DNA of 61,633 nucleotides, taken from Gammaproteobacteria bacterium. GTDB taxonomy: Bacteria > Pseudomonadota > Gammaproteobacteria > S012-40. The position numbers and the translations under genes are program-made. The notes under the pieces were generated by a model, which was not told the DNA's origin, made no database searches, and saw nothing but the letters and a program-made list of their open reading frames with translations. Shown one piece after another: positions 1 through 8,587 of this stretch (positions are counted from its first letter, which is position 1; the number at the start of each line of letters is the position of its first letter). The stretch spans positions 1 to 61,633 of the forward strand of contig JAOUJM010000002.1 of assembly GCA_029883265.1 (NCBI GenBank), written 5' to 3'.

Positions 1-687
1 AATGTGAATAAACAAATTCGTGTTAGTGGGCATCGGGTTTGGAGTAAACAATTAATGGGTTATGCGCCTAGCTCACCGCAAGCAGTTGAGAAAATTCCCG
101 TAAATTATGAGCACGCCTATGGTGGTCGTCCTGTCGTTGAAGGCGACGAGCTTAGTTTTTATGAAGCCAATCCTGTGGGGCGAGGTTTTGAAAAAGTTTA
201 TCGACAACAAGCCTTGCCAAACTTAGAGTATCCCAAGGCCTTGTTACGTGGCAGTAAAGATCGCCCTCCGCCTTGCGCCTTAGGTGTGGTTTCATCTAAT
301 TGGTCACAACGCAGAGTTTATGCCGGTAGTTTTGACGAGCACTGGAAACAATCTCGTGCGCCATTATTGCCCGAAGATTTTCAACTACGATTTTTTAATG
401 TAGTGGCGCAAGATCAAATCGTTTCGGCAGGATTGCGTGGTGGTGAGCAAATAATTTTAACTCACTTGCATCCACACCAAGCTATTCTCAAACTCACTTT
501 GCCGGTTTTATCAATTCAAGCCAGTTTTTATGTCAAGCAGCACATCATCAATCAAAAACTCGAACTTGATACGGTTTTGCTTGAACCTGATGCGCAATTA
601 CTTCAGCTGACTTATCGTAAGTCTTTATTACTCGATGAAGATTTGTTGTACCTGAAAAGTGTGCATTACAAAATGACTGCGGCATAA
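1..687 (+). CDS. DUF2169-family T6SS adaptor-like protein, 5' end cut by the window edge
   Basis: The frame is open from base 1. The 227 aa are paralogous to ORF 3612..4673, sharing the blocks RVSG-R-W, IP-x-x-E-A-GG and W-Q-x-R-PLLP-DF-x-RFFN. This is the pattern I associate with DUF2169 proteins encoded next to vgrG. Confidence 0.75.
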   Translation, partial: NVNKQIRVSGHRVWSKQLMGYAPSSPQAVEKIPVNYEHAYGGRPVVEGDELSFYEANPVGRGFEKVYRQQALPNLEYPKALLRGSKDRPPPCALGVVSSNWSQRRVYAGSFDEHWKQSRAPLLPEDFQLRFFNVVAQDQIVSAGLRGGEQIILTHLHPHQAILKLTLPVLSIQASFYVKQHIINQKLELDTVLLEPDAQLLQLTYRKSLLLDEDLLYLKSVHYKMTAA

Positions 688-976
688 CACTAAAATCAAC
701 AGTATTTAAAGTATATTTATAAAGCAATGTCCATGAGCTTGTCGAAATTTGCTTACAATTTTCGCTCACCAAATCCCGAGAAATTCCCAAAAAAGATTGA
801 ATAATCCGTTGGTTATGTAATAGCCCTGTAGCATGACCTGGGTTCAAGAAAGCTATGCCATACGCACTATTTAACTTCGGTGACTATGAGCGTAGAATGA
901 GCGGTTCCCCGGGAAATTAAGAAAAAGATGTTAATATCACCGGAATAAGCAAGCCTAGTTAAGGAGAACGCATAAT

Positions 977-3109
977 ATGGAAGCAGTAGGTGATAAAACA
1001 AACGCGCTATTTTCCATAAAAGCCAATGAAGCGCGCTTTGGATTTTCTATTGATGGCGCCGAGCCGCAACGTGTTGTGCGTTTCTCAGGCAGTGAAGCCA
1101 TTTCAGAGCTATTCAATTATTCAATTCAAATTGCCGACGAAGATGATCAATTAGAGTTTTCTGATATTGTTGGTAAACCCGCCTGTTTAACCGTTTTAGG
1201 TGTGGATGATAGTGATCCTCGTTATATGAGCGGCATTATTAGCGCTATTCGTCAGGTTGAACACGGTCGACGCTTTACTTTATATGATATTGAATTGGTT
1301 CCGCATGTGTGGCGTTTAAAGTTGACCACGGATAGTCGCATATTTCAGGACTTATCAACGCCGGATATTATTCAATCTGTTTTAACTGATGCGGGCATTG
1401 CGGGTGATCAATTTAGTATAAATGTTCAAGCCAATTATGAGATGCGTGAATATTGCGTACAATATCAAGAATCCGATTGGAATTTTATTAGCCGCCTAAT
1501 GGAGGCCGAAGGAATTTTCTATTTCTTTCGCCATACGGAAAATAAATTGGAAATGGTGATCGCCGACAATGCTTCTATTCATGAAGAAATTGCTAGCCCT
1601 GCTACCTTATTTCACTTTGATGGCACCGGCCTCGTGCCCGACTTCAATCACGTCGAGCATTTCTATTTTAAAGAACAAGTGCGCACGGGTTCAGTTACCA
1701 TGCGCGATTTTGATTTCAAAAAACCGGCACTAAGTTTGGAAGCATCATCGGCGGCAGAAAAAGAAACCGAATTAGAAGTCTACGAATATCCCGGTTATTA
1801 TATTCAGCCCAGCGATGGCGAACGAATCGCAAAAGTTCGTATTGAAGAATTGCAAAGTTTACGTGAAATCGGTGAAGGTGCCGCTGATTGTCAGCGCTTG
1901 CTGCCGGGTTTTTTATTTACGCTGGAAGATAATCCACGCGATAGCTTTAACCAAGAATATTTGCTTACACGCGTGAGTCATAGCGGAACGCAACCCCAAG
2001 TGCTTGAAGAAGGTGCGAGTGGCGAAGCCAGTCGTTATAAAGCCAAATTTCAATGCATTCCCTCAAAAAATCCTTTTCGCCCGCAACGACGCGCCGTTCA
2101 AACTCGAGTTAAAGGTTTGCAAACAGCGATTGTTGTCGGTCCTAGTGGTGAAGAAATTTATACGGATGAACATGGGCGTGTCAAAGTGCAATTTCATTGG
2201 GATCGTCTAGGTGAGAGAAATGAAAAAAGTTCGTGTTGGATACGCGTAGCCCAACTATGGGCTGGCGCAGGATGGGGCTCGATTTATATTCCACGTATTG
2301 ATCAAGAAGTGGTTGTTGACTTTATTGAAGGTGATCCGGATCGACCCATGATTGTCGGTCGGGTGTATCATGGCACTAATAAACCACCCTATGCATTACC
2401 TGATGAAAAAACTAAGTCTACCATTAAATCCAATTCGTCCATCGGTGGTGAAGGATTTAATGAATTTCGTTTTGAAGACCTAAAAGGCGAAGAAGAAATT
2501 TATCTGCAGGCTGAAAAAGACTGGAATACTTTGGTTAAAAATGATCACAGTCGCGATGTGCAACATGATGAAACATTGCACGTGGGCAATGATCGCAACA
2601 AAAGTGTAGATAATGATCAAACCGAAACCATTGGCGCTAATAAAACTATTTCTGTCGGTAAAAATCACAGCGAGTCGATTGGTGAAAATGAAACCATTAG
2701 TGTTGGTGATAATGAAGACATCACCATTGGGAAAAATCGTTCCTTATCGGTTGGTGAAAATCAAACTATTAGTATTGGGAAAAATCACTCGGAACAAATT
2801 GCGAAAAATTCGAGCTTATCGATTGGAGATAACCAGACCATTGATGTGGGCAAAGATTCTAAAATTACGATAGGTAAAAACCTAAAACAAAGCATAGGCG
2901 ACACTGGAAAAATTGATTTTGGCAAAGACTTGCAAATCATGGTAGGCAAAAAAACCGTGATTGATGTTGGCGATCAACTAACATTGAAATGCGGCAGCGC
3001 GAGCATTATTTTGAAAAAAGACGGTAAGATTCAAATTAAAGGCAAAGACATTAACATCAAGGGCAGTGGTAATGTAAAAATCAAAGGCTCCAAGATTGCC
3101 GAAAACTAA
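977..3109 (+). CDS. vgrG: T6SS spike protein VgrG (TssI)
   Basis: 710 aa with canonical VgrG core motifs VGPSGEEIYTDEHGRVKVQFHWDR and IPRIDQEVVVDFIEGDPDRPMIVGRVYHG. A C-terminal beta-helix repeat region follows. AAGGAG at 961-966 lies upstream of the ATG. Confidence 0.95.
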   Translation: MEAVGDKTNALFSIKANEARFGFSIDGAEPQRVVRFSGSEAISELFNYSIQIADEDDQLEFSDIVGKPACLTVLGVDDSDPRYMSGIISAIRQVEHGRRFTLYDIELVPHVWRLKLTTDSRIFQDLSTPDIIQSVLTDAGIAGDQFSINVQANYEMREYCVQYQESDWNFISRLMEAEGIFYFFRHTENKLEMVIADNASIHEEIASPATLFHFDGTGLVPDFNHVEHFYFKEQVRTGSVTMRDFDFKKPALSLEASSAAEKETELEVYEYPGYYIQPSDGERIAKVRIEELQSLREIGEGAADCQRLLPGFLFTLEDNPRDSFNQEYLLTRVSHSGTQPQVLEEGASGEASRYKAKFQCIPSKNPFRPQRRAVQTRVKGLQTAIVVGPSGEEIYTDEHGRVKVQFHWDRLGERNEKSSCWIRVAQLWAGAGWGSIYIPRIDQEVVVDFIEGDPDRPMIVGRVYHGTNKPPYALPDEKTKSTIKSNSSIGGEGFNEFRFEDLKGEEEIYLQAEKDWNTLVKNDHSRDVQHDETLHVGNDRNKSVDNDQTETIGANKTISVGKNHSESIGENETISVGDNEDITIGKNRSLSVGENQTISIGKNHSEQIAKNSSLSIGDNQTIDVGKDSKITIGKNLKQSIGDTGKIDFGKDLQIMVGKKTVIDVGDQLTLKCGSASIILKKDGKIQIKGKDINIKGSGNVKIKGSKIAEN
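2567..2977 (+). repeat. VgrG C-terminal beta-helix repeats (about 8-residue periodicity, x-V/I-G-x-N-x-x-x)
   Basis: Translated run ...HVGNDRNKSVDNDQTETIGANKTISVGKNHSESIGENETISVGDNEDITIGKNRSLSVGENQTISIGKNHSEQIAKNSSLSIGDNQTIDVGKDSKITIGKN... shows a regular G-x-N / I-G periodicity. Confidence 0.8.
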
Positions 3110-3123
3110 GAGGAATAATAACA

Positions 3124-3606
3124 ATGGCGACTGAACGACAATTTATTTTGAAAAATTTTTTTCAGGGTGTGCGCAACGGCTTTGTAGAAAAAGTTGAGGA
3201 CGGTAAGATTTATGTTGCTGACAAAGCTAATCTGGATGTCGTGATTCCTTGTTTGTTTCTCAGAACATCGAGCGCCGCAGCACCCGCGATTAAGGAAGGC
3301 GATGAGGTGGTTTACAATGCGCCGGAATCGCCGAATGATTTGGGTTGTGTGTTAGGATTGATAGAGCCTTATCAACAAGTGCCTGAAAAATTGAATAAGC
3401 AGTTGAAGAAAAATAATTTGTCATCACTAACGACGATTGAAGACGAAGTGGTGCGGATAAAAGCGGATAAAGGTTTAGTTATTGAGTGTGGCAAGAGCAC
3501 GATTATTCTTACCAGAGAAGGCAAGGTGCAAATCAAAGGGAATGAATTGCTCAGCCGGGCGCGTGGCATGAACAAAATTAAAGGCGCGGGCGTTAATATT
3601 AACTAG
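3124..3606 (+). CDS. Small VgrG-associated protein (same position as PA0096 in the P. aeruginosa vgrG1b cluster; possibly DUF6484-like)
   Basis: 160 aa, starting 15 nt after the vgrG stop, with GAGGAA just upstream. Its last 44 residues align without gaps to the last 44 residues of VgrG (LVIECGKSTIILTREGKVQIKG...KIKGAGVNIN vs LTLKCGSASIILKKDGKIQIKG...KIKGSKIAEN). Confidence 0.6.
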   Translation: MATERQFILKNFFQGVRNGFVEKVEDGKIYVADKANLDVVIPCLFLRTSSAAAPAIKEGDEVVYNAPESPNDLGCVLGLIEPYQQVPEKLNKQLKKNNLSSLTTIEDEVVRIKADKGLVIECGKSTIILTREGKVQIKGNELLSRARGMNKIKGAGVNIN

Positions 3607-3611
3607 GTAAA

Positions 3612-4673
3612 TTGTTTGTGGCTTATCAGGGTATTGATAACAAAACACTGTTCACTGCTGACCTTGCGTTGTTAAATGACGAGGATGGCCGGGATGTGTT
3701 ATTAACCTTGGTTAAATGCACTTACGATATTTCGCCTCAGGGGAAGCTCAGTTTGGCTGATGAGCAACAGGCGCTTTGCTTAGAGGGCGAGTATGTGGGC
3801 GAGCCGGGTACGAGTAGTTTAAAGATTGCATCCGAAGCATGTTTTGCCAAAGAAAATACCGATGTTGCTTTTATTGGTCATGCCTGGGCACCCAAAGGAA
3901 AATTGGTGCGGCAAATGGATGTGAGTTTGCGTGTGGGTAACTTATCGCAAAACTTACGCGTTAGTGGTGATCGTTATTGGCGACGCGAAGGGTTGCTAGT
4001 AAAAACCTGGTCCATAAGCAAGCCCGAACCTTTTGATAAAATTCCGATTCAATTTGAGCGTGCTTTTGGTGGTCAGGATTTGTCGCCGGAAAAAGAAAAA
4101 TATCATTTTTATGAAAAACGCAATTTGCTAGGCTGTGGTGTTATCGCTAAACATTCGCAGCTCAATGAAGTTAAAGTGCCGAATATCGAAAATCCTAAGC
4201 AGTTAATCAAAAAAATCACTGATCGTCCTGATCCGGTGGGTTTGGGTTTTATTACGCCGGATTGTGAGCCGCGTTTGAGTTTGTCTGGGACGTATGACAC
4301 CGACTGGCAGCAAAATCGAATGCCACTTTTACCAAAAAACTTTCAGCGCAGGTTTTTTAATTCGGCGTTTCCCAGTTTGATTGCAAACGGCTATTTGCAA
4401 GGCGGTGAAAAAGTCAGTCTCGATGGTTTAAGCGAGGAGGGTTTGCTGGGGTTTTACTTGCCTAATGAAAAACCAGTGGCAGTATTAAACATGGCATATG
4501 AAGACCCGCAGCAACTTGAAGTGAATATGGATACGTTATTGATCAACACCGATGATATGCAATTAACCATCTTATGGCGTGCGCAACAAAACGTGTTTAA
4601 TCGACTTTACGATATTGAAAAAGTTGAAGTAATGAATTTGTCAGAATACATAAAAGCGGAACAAGCCGCTTAA
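3612..4673 (+). CDS. DUF2169-family T6SS adaptor-like protein
   Basis: 353 aa, with a TTG or GTG start 6 nt after the preceding stop. It is paralogous to ORF 1..687. It sits between vgrG and a PAAR-like DUF4150 gene, the arrangement known for DUF2169 adaptors. Confidence 0.8.
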   Translation: MFVAYQGIDNKTLFTADLALLNDEDGRDVLLTLVKCTYDISPQGKLSLADEQQALCLEGEYVGEPGTSSLKIASEACFAKENTDVAFIGHAWAPKGKLVRQMDVSLRVGNLSQNLRVSGDRYWRREGLLVKTWSISKPEPFDKIPIQFERAFGGQDLSPEKEKYHFYEKRNLLGCGVIAKHSQLNEVKVPNIENPKQLIKKITDRPDPVGLGFITPDCEPRLSLSGTYDTDWQQNRMPLLPKNFQRRFFNSAFPSLIANGYLQGGEKVSLDGLSEEGLLGFYLPNEKPVAVLNMAYEDPQQLEVNMDTLLINTDDMQLTILWRAQQNVFNRLYDIEKVEVMNLSEYIKAEQAA

Positions 4674-4683
4674 GGAGAAAACC

Positions 4684-5148
4684 ATGGGCGTAACAGTTGG
4701 TGTGAATAATTTATCGGTTGTACATAAAAGCAGCAGCGGCGTCACCATCGCTTTTCCCGATGTATGCAAAACCCAATGCGGTCCGCCGGTGATACCCATC
4801 CCCTATCCGAATATTGCAAAATCGAGTGACACAGCTAAGGGCACCAAAAAAGTTAAATGCGACGGCAATCCGGTTTGCGTAAAAGATTCTAATTTCAAAA
4901 CCAGTGTCGGCGATGAGCCGGGGGCGTTGAAAGGCATTGCGTCGAGTAAAACCAAAGGCAAGGCGGAGTTTATCAATTATTCCATGGACGTGAAGTTTGA
5001 AGGGAAGAATGTTCCAAGAGCGTTTGATATGATGTTGCATAATGACAAAAATACGCCGCCTGTGCCAGTTTTACAGGCGCCGATTGTAGTGATTATGCAA
5101 GAGCAAAAACGTCTTTGTGTTTGCTGCCAGAAAGCATTGAAAGAGTAA
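4684..5148 (+). CDS. Stand-alone PAAR-like (DUF4150) spike-cap protein
   Basis: 154 aa containing VVHKSSSGVTIAFPDVCKTQCGPPVIPIPYPNIAKSSDTAKGTKKVKCDGNPV...GKAEFINYSMDVKFEGKNVPRAFDMMLHNDKN, which matches the DUF4150 PAAR-like pattern. AAGGAGA lies upstream. There is no toxin domain, only a short CVCC-containing tail. Confidence 0.85.
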   Translation: MGVTVGVNNLSVVHKSSSGVTIAFPDVCKTQCGPPVIPIPYPNIAKSSDTAKGTKKVKCDGNPVCVKDSNFKTSVGDEPGALKGIASSKTKGKAEFINYSMDVKFEGKNVPRAFDMMLHNDKNTPPVPVLQAPIVVIMQEQKRLCVCCQKALKE

Positions 5149-5220
5149 GAGAGGTATGAGCAAGATGGCTACGTGTGCTACGTGTTTCTGGAATTAAACC
5201 CTGTGACTGGATGAGGAAGC

Positions 5221-6303
5221 ATGCAGGTTTCTGATATGGCGATAAGTGGATTAGGGATGGTGTCTTGTGTTGGTTATGACGTTGATACTGCTTGCGCGTC
5301 AATTCGTGCCGGTTTAACTAGGCCGTCGCAACATGTTGGTCTCGAACCCATTCTGCGTGATTTGGAGGATGATATTCCTGTCACGCTTAACAATATCGAT
5401 GGCATAACTAACGGCTTTTATATGACAGGTCTATGGGCTCGTATGACTTTGCTGGCACTACAGAATCTGATTGAGCGCGAGGCTTTGAATTCCAGTGACG
5501 AATTTTTTTGGCAAACAACCGGCTTAAGCATAGCGGTTCCTATTCTGGACCCTCAACGGTTTATGGTGGATGAAGTGGTGGAGCCAGAGGTGATACGTCA
5601 AATTTTGTGTGAGGCCTTGTTGCCAGAATTGCCATCGGGAATTTTGCAAAATAATATTAGTGTTTGCGCTCAAGGTCATTCAGGTGTCGCTGCGGTTTTA
5701 GTTGATGCAATGGACTCAATAAGAAGTAAAAAACTAAATCGGGTGATTGTGGTTGGGGTTGACTCTTATACTGATGCGGCGACATTGAAATGGGTTGCGG
5801 AGAATGATCGAGTAAAGACTGAAAGCCGTCCAGCCGGGATGAGTCTCGGTGAAGCGGCTGCCTGTATTGTTGTCGAGTTAGAGCAGGCTGTGCTTGATCG
5901 TGGTGCTGTTGTGTATAGCTCGATTCGGGCGTTGTCGTGCAACAATGATGCAGAAGATAAAGATCAAAGCACATTTTCAAATGCGTTATCGAAAGTTATT
6001 TTGGACTGTGTGGAGCAGGATGAGGGATATTCCGCAAGCATTGTTTCCGACATTAATGGTGAACAATGGCGCGCGCGCGCCTTGTCCACTGCGTTGGTTA
6101 GTCTGACAAATAAAATATCCGACTATGAGGTGCTTGTTCCATGTCAAAGCCTGGGTGACACGGGCTCAGCCAGCGCTGTTATTGGTATTTGTATCGCGAG
6201 TCGAGCGTTTGCGCGAAACTACGCGGCTCATAAATCTTTTCTAGTCACATCCCTATCTGAAAATGGTAGCGTGGGATGTATTCGAATCGATCAATTTAAT
6301 TAG
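5221..6303 (+). CDS. Beta-ketoacyl synthase (thiolase-fold)-like protein, apparently catalytically degenerate
   Basis: 360 aa. The N-terminus MAISGLGMVSCVGYDVDTACASIRAGLTRPS aligns by eye to the FabF N-terminus. The positions equivalent to the KAS Cys-His-His triad read AQGHSG, DINGE and SLGDTGSAS. GAGGAAG lies upstream. Confidence 0.7.
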   Translation: MQVSDMAISGLGMVSCVGYDVDTACASIRAGLTRPSQHVGLEPILRDLEDDIPVTLNNIDGITNGFYMTGLWARMTLLALQNLIEREALNSSDEFFWQTTGLSIAVPILDPQRFMVDEVVEPEVIRQILCEALLPELPSGILQNNISVCAQGHSGVAAVLVDAMDSIRSKKLNRVIVVGVDSYTDAATLKWVAENDRVKTESRPAGMSLGEAAACIVVELEQAVLDRGAVVYSSIRALSCNNDAEDKDQSTFSNALSKVILDCVEQDEGYSASIVSDINGEQWRARALSTALVSLTNKISDYEVLVPCQSLGDTGSASAVIGICIASRAFARNYAAHKSFLVTSLSENGSVGCIRIDQFN

Positions 6304-6313
6304 AGAGAAAAAT

Positions 6314-7201
6314 ATGGCGGGCAAAGTAGAAGACGATCATTTAAGTCCAGATGAGATCGAAGCTTTTCACATGAATGGCCAGGAACAATCAAACAAGGGG
6401 TGCTTGTGGCGCCACATAAGCGATTTCGATGAAGGGAATCATTGTTCTCATCGCTGGCAAGCGCGTTTAAAGGGACAGGATGATGCCCACTTATATAATT
6501 ATCCGGCCTATAAGTCGCTTTGCTTGGATCACAAGGCTTCAAACAAAGAGGAGGACTCGTATGAAACAGCTGCTTATAGTGGTCCCAAGCAAAACAAACC
6601 CTCAAACTACGCGATGCAGCATTTATTTCCTTTGCAACTCAGAAAGCGTCCCCGGCCGGGGCAATGGGATATCAGCCTGGGTCATAATTTCTTTGAAAAT
6701 GCAACCAAGCCGTATTGGCATAATGCGCACCACATTATCCCCTTAAGCGTTTTACAGAACTCGATTCAAGATGCTGGAAAAAATACTTCTGGTGTTACTG
6801 AAATCATAAAAAAGGGATTAATGAAAGGCGGCTACAATCTCAATCACAAGATTAACATGATTATTTTGCCACATGATCGAGTGGTCGCAGAAGCGATAGG
6901 TTTGCCACGACATTTGAGAGGGCACGAAGCTAGAGGCAAGGAGCCGAACAAGCGACGTGAAACCGATCACCCTGATTATTCGCGCCGCGTAAAATTTCAG
7001 ATTCGGTCAGTTATAGATGACTATAAGCAAAAAGCAGAGGAAGCGAAAGATTGTGAAGGTGAGCCGGATATTCCCGCTCTTTCCAAGAAAAAATTGGAAG
7101 ACATATCTAAGAAAATATATAAGACGATTATCACAGCTGGGCCGCATCTGAAAGGAAAGTCTCTGGATGAGTTGAAATTTTCCAATCTTGGCTCCAGATA
7201 G
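6314..7201 (+). CDS. AHH-motif HNH/EndoVII-superfamily nuclease toxin (putative T6SS effector)
   Basis: Start set at ATG 6314 (MAGKVEDD...), downstream of the previous gene's stop. The C-terminal half carries WHNAHHIIP (AHH at 6725-6733), YNLNHKINMIILP, LPRHLRGHE and DHPDY, consistent with the AHH nuclease family. An immunity-like gene follows. Confidence 0.75.
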   Translation: MAGKVEDDHLSPDEIEAFHMNGQEQSNKGCLWRHISDFDEGNHCSHRWQARLKGQDDAHLYNYPAYKSLCLDHKASNKEEDSYETAAYSGPKQNKPSNYAMQHLFPLQLRKRPRPGQWDISLGHNFFENATKPYWHNAHHIIPLSVLQNSIQDAGKNTSGVTEIIKKGLMKGGYNLNHKINMIILPHDRVVAEAIGLPRHLRGHEARGKEPNKRRETDHPDYSRRVKFQIRSVIDDYKQKAEEAKDCEGEPDIPALSKKKLEDISKKIYKTIITAGPHLKGKSLDELKFSNLGSR

Positions 7202-7212
7202 GCAGCGTTGAA

Positions 7213-7797
7213 ATGACTAGCAGATTCTTTCAGTTAAACGTAATGGGGGACGATCAGGATACGTCACTGGTTTTTTTGGATACGGACCCTGTTGAACTAG
7301 TCGATCATAGCTATCGGGTAGCAAAAGGGTTGTCAATGCTTGGTCGTTTGGACGAGCCGCTAATATTCACCATGCAGTTGGAATCTCCAGGGATCAAACT
7401 TCCCTCGCTCATTGGAAACATAATGGGCTATCTTATTCTAACCAGTCGCGGAAAAGAAATTGTTGAAAAACTGGAACCGAATGGCGAGTATTATTCAATC
7501 GTCATCATCAACCACAAGGGGCGAGTTCATAGCGAAGACCATTGGATTATTAATCCGTTATCCATACATTCATGTTTGCATACGGGGAAGAGTCGAATTA
7601 CATATTTGCAGTCACAACCGGATTTGGTCGTTTCACTTGATGAGATTGTTTTGGATAAGAACAAACTGGTTCCTGAGTCGCATATTTTCAGGCTAAAGGA
7701 GGACCCTCGTTGCTATGTGATCAGTGAGACACTAGCTGCGGCGCTGCAAAGTGCAAGTCTGAATAATGTTTATCTTGATGAGTTGGAAGTGGTTTAG
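7213..7797 (+). CDS. Imm11 (DUF1629)-like immunity protein
   Basis: 194 aa encoded 12 nt after the toxin stop. Size and sequence style (MTSRFFQL..., ...HIFRLKEDPRCYVISETLAAAL...) match my memory of Imm11/DUF1629 proteins that pair with AHH-type toxins. Confidence 0.6.
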   Translation: MTSRFFQLNVMGDDQDTSLVFLDTDPVELVDHSYRVAKGLSMLGRLDEPLIFTMQLESPGIKLPSLIGNIMGYLILTSRGKEIVEKLEPNGEYYSIVIINHKGRVHSEDHWIINPLSIHSCLHTGKSRITYLQSQPDLVVSLDEIVLDKNKLVPESHIFRLKEDPRCYVISETLAAALQSASLNNVYLDELEVV

Positions 7798-7803
7798 CAT
7801 TAT

Positions 7804-8574
7804 ATGAGTTTGCCCTATTTGCCATCGATATATGCGAATACTTTTTCAGAAATAGCTGATCTTGCCAAGCTATGTGAGGCAAACAGGAATCAGCCTCAGG
7901 ATCTTATTGCGCTGAGCAGTGCTTATCGTCGTTTTGCTATCATAGGCTATTTTCTGAGTTGCTCATTGAATTCGTTGAGCGAAAATTTTCTGAGATCAGT
8001 GCAGGTCTATTTTGAATTGTTTCAAGTTGCTCAGACTCCTAAGCTTGTGTTGAGCGAAGCGTATGCCTTGTTCGATTCTCTAGCGGCGAAGGATTTCAAG
8101 TCCGCAGAAAAACTTGCAAAGCGTCTGTCGTCGCTATCATTTAACGCTGATCGCGAATATGTCGAAGACTATACCTATTTCACCTTTCTGCTTGCCTACT
8201 TGCTAGATAGAGATAACGAAGAAGTGCTCATGCAAAAACTGGCTGGTTTTGAATCGGTGCTGGAAGAGGGTTCGTCGCGCTATGATTATTGTGCGGCGTT
8301 AATTGACCGAGATGCTGATCGCGTTAGCGAGGCTTTGTGTGATCTTGCGCAAAACCATCGTGAAAAATATATTTACTTAGCAGAACAGGGTGCGGTGAAA
8401 GAAGAGGAATGGGTTGCTAACGGCCAGTTTTTTGTTGAAGGGGTGGCGCTGAAAGTGTTAGCGGAAAATGCGGGTATTAATATCGTTGAAAAGAATATTC
8501 CCGGCATACCGCTGGATACACAGTCGATTTTATTTGTAGCGCTAAGTCCAAATAGTTGGCTCAGTCCTTCATGA
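7804..8574 (+). CDS. Hypothetical all-alpha protein, possible orphan immunity protein (Imm49-like?)
   Basis: 256 aa, tightly packed after the immunity gene, with helical composition. The family assignment is a guess. Confidence 0.4.
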   Translation: MSLPYLPSIYANTFSEIADLAKLCEANRNQPQDLIALSSAYRRFAIIGYFLSCSLNSLSENFLRSVQVYFELFQVAQTPKLVLSEAYALFDSLAAKDFKSAEKLAKRLSSLSFNADREYVEDYTYFTFLLAYLLDRDNEEVLMQKLAGFESVLEEGSSRYDYCAALIDRDADRVSEALCDLAQNHREKYIYLAEQGAVKEEEWVANGQFFVEGVALKVLAENAGINIVEKNIPGIPLDTQSILFVALSPNSWLSPS

Positions 8575-8587
8575 AAGGCTAATTGTT

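Noticed and set aside
548-847. 99-aa minus-strand ORF across the end of the first DUF2169 gene and the vgrG upstream region.
   Set aside because: It is antisense to a well-supported gene over half its length. It has no Shine-Dalgarno and no recognisable motif, so I treat it as a shadow ORF.
690-976. Searched the vgrG upstream region for a sigma-54 promoter, which is common in T6SS loci.
   Set aside because: I could find no TGGCAC-N5-TTGC-like element by eye, so no promoter call is made.
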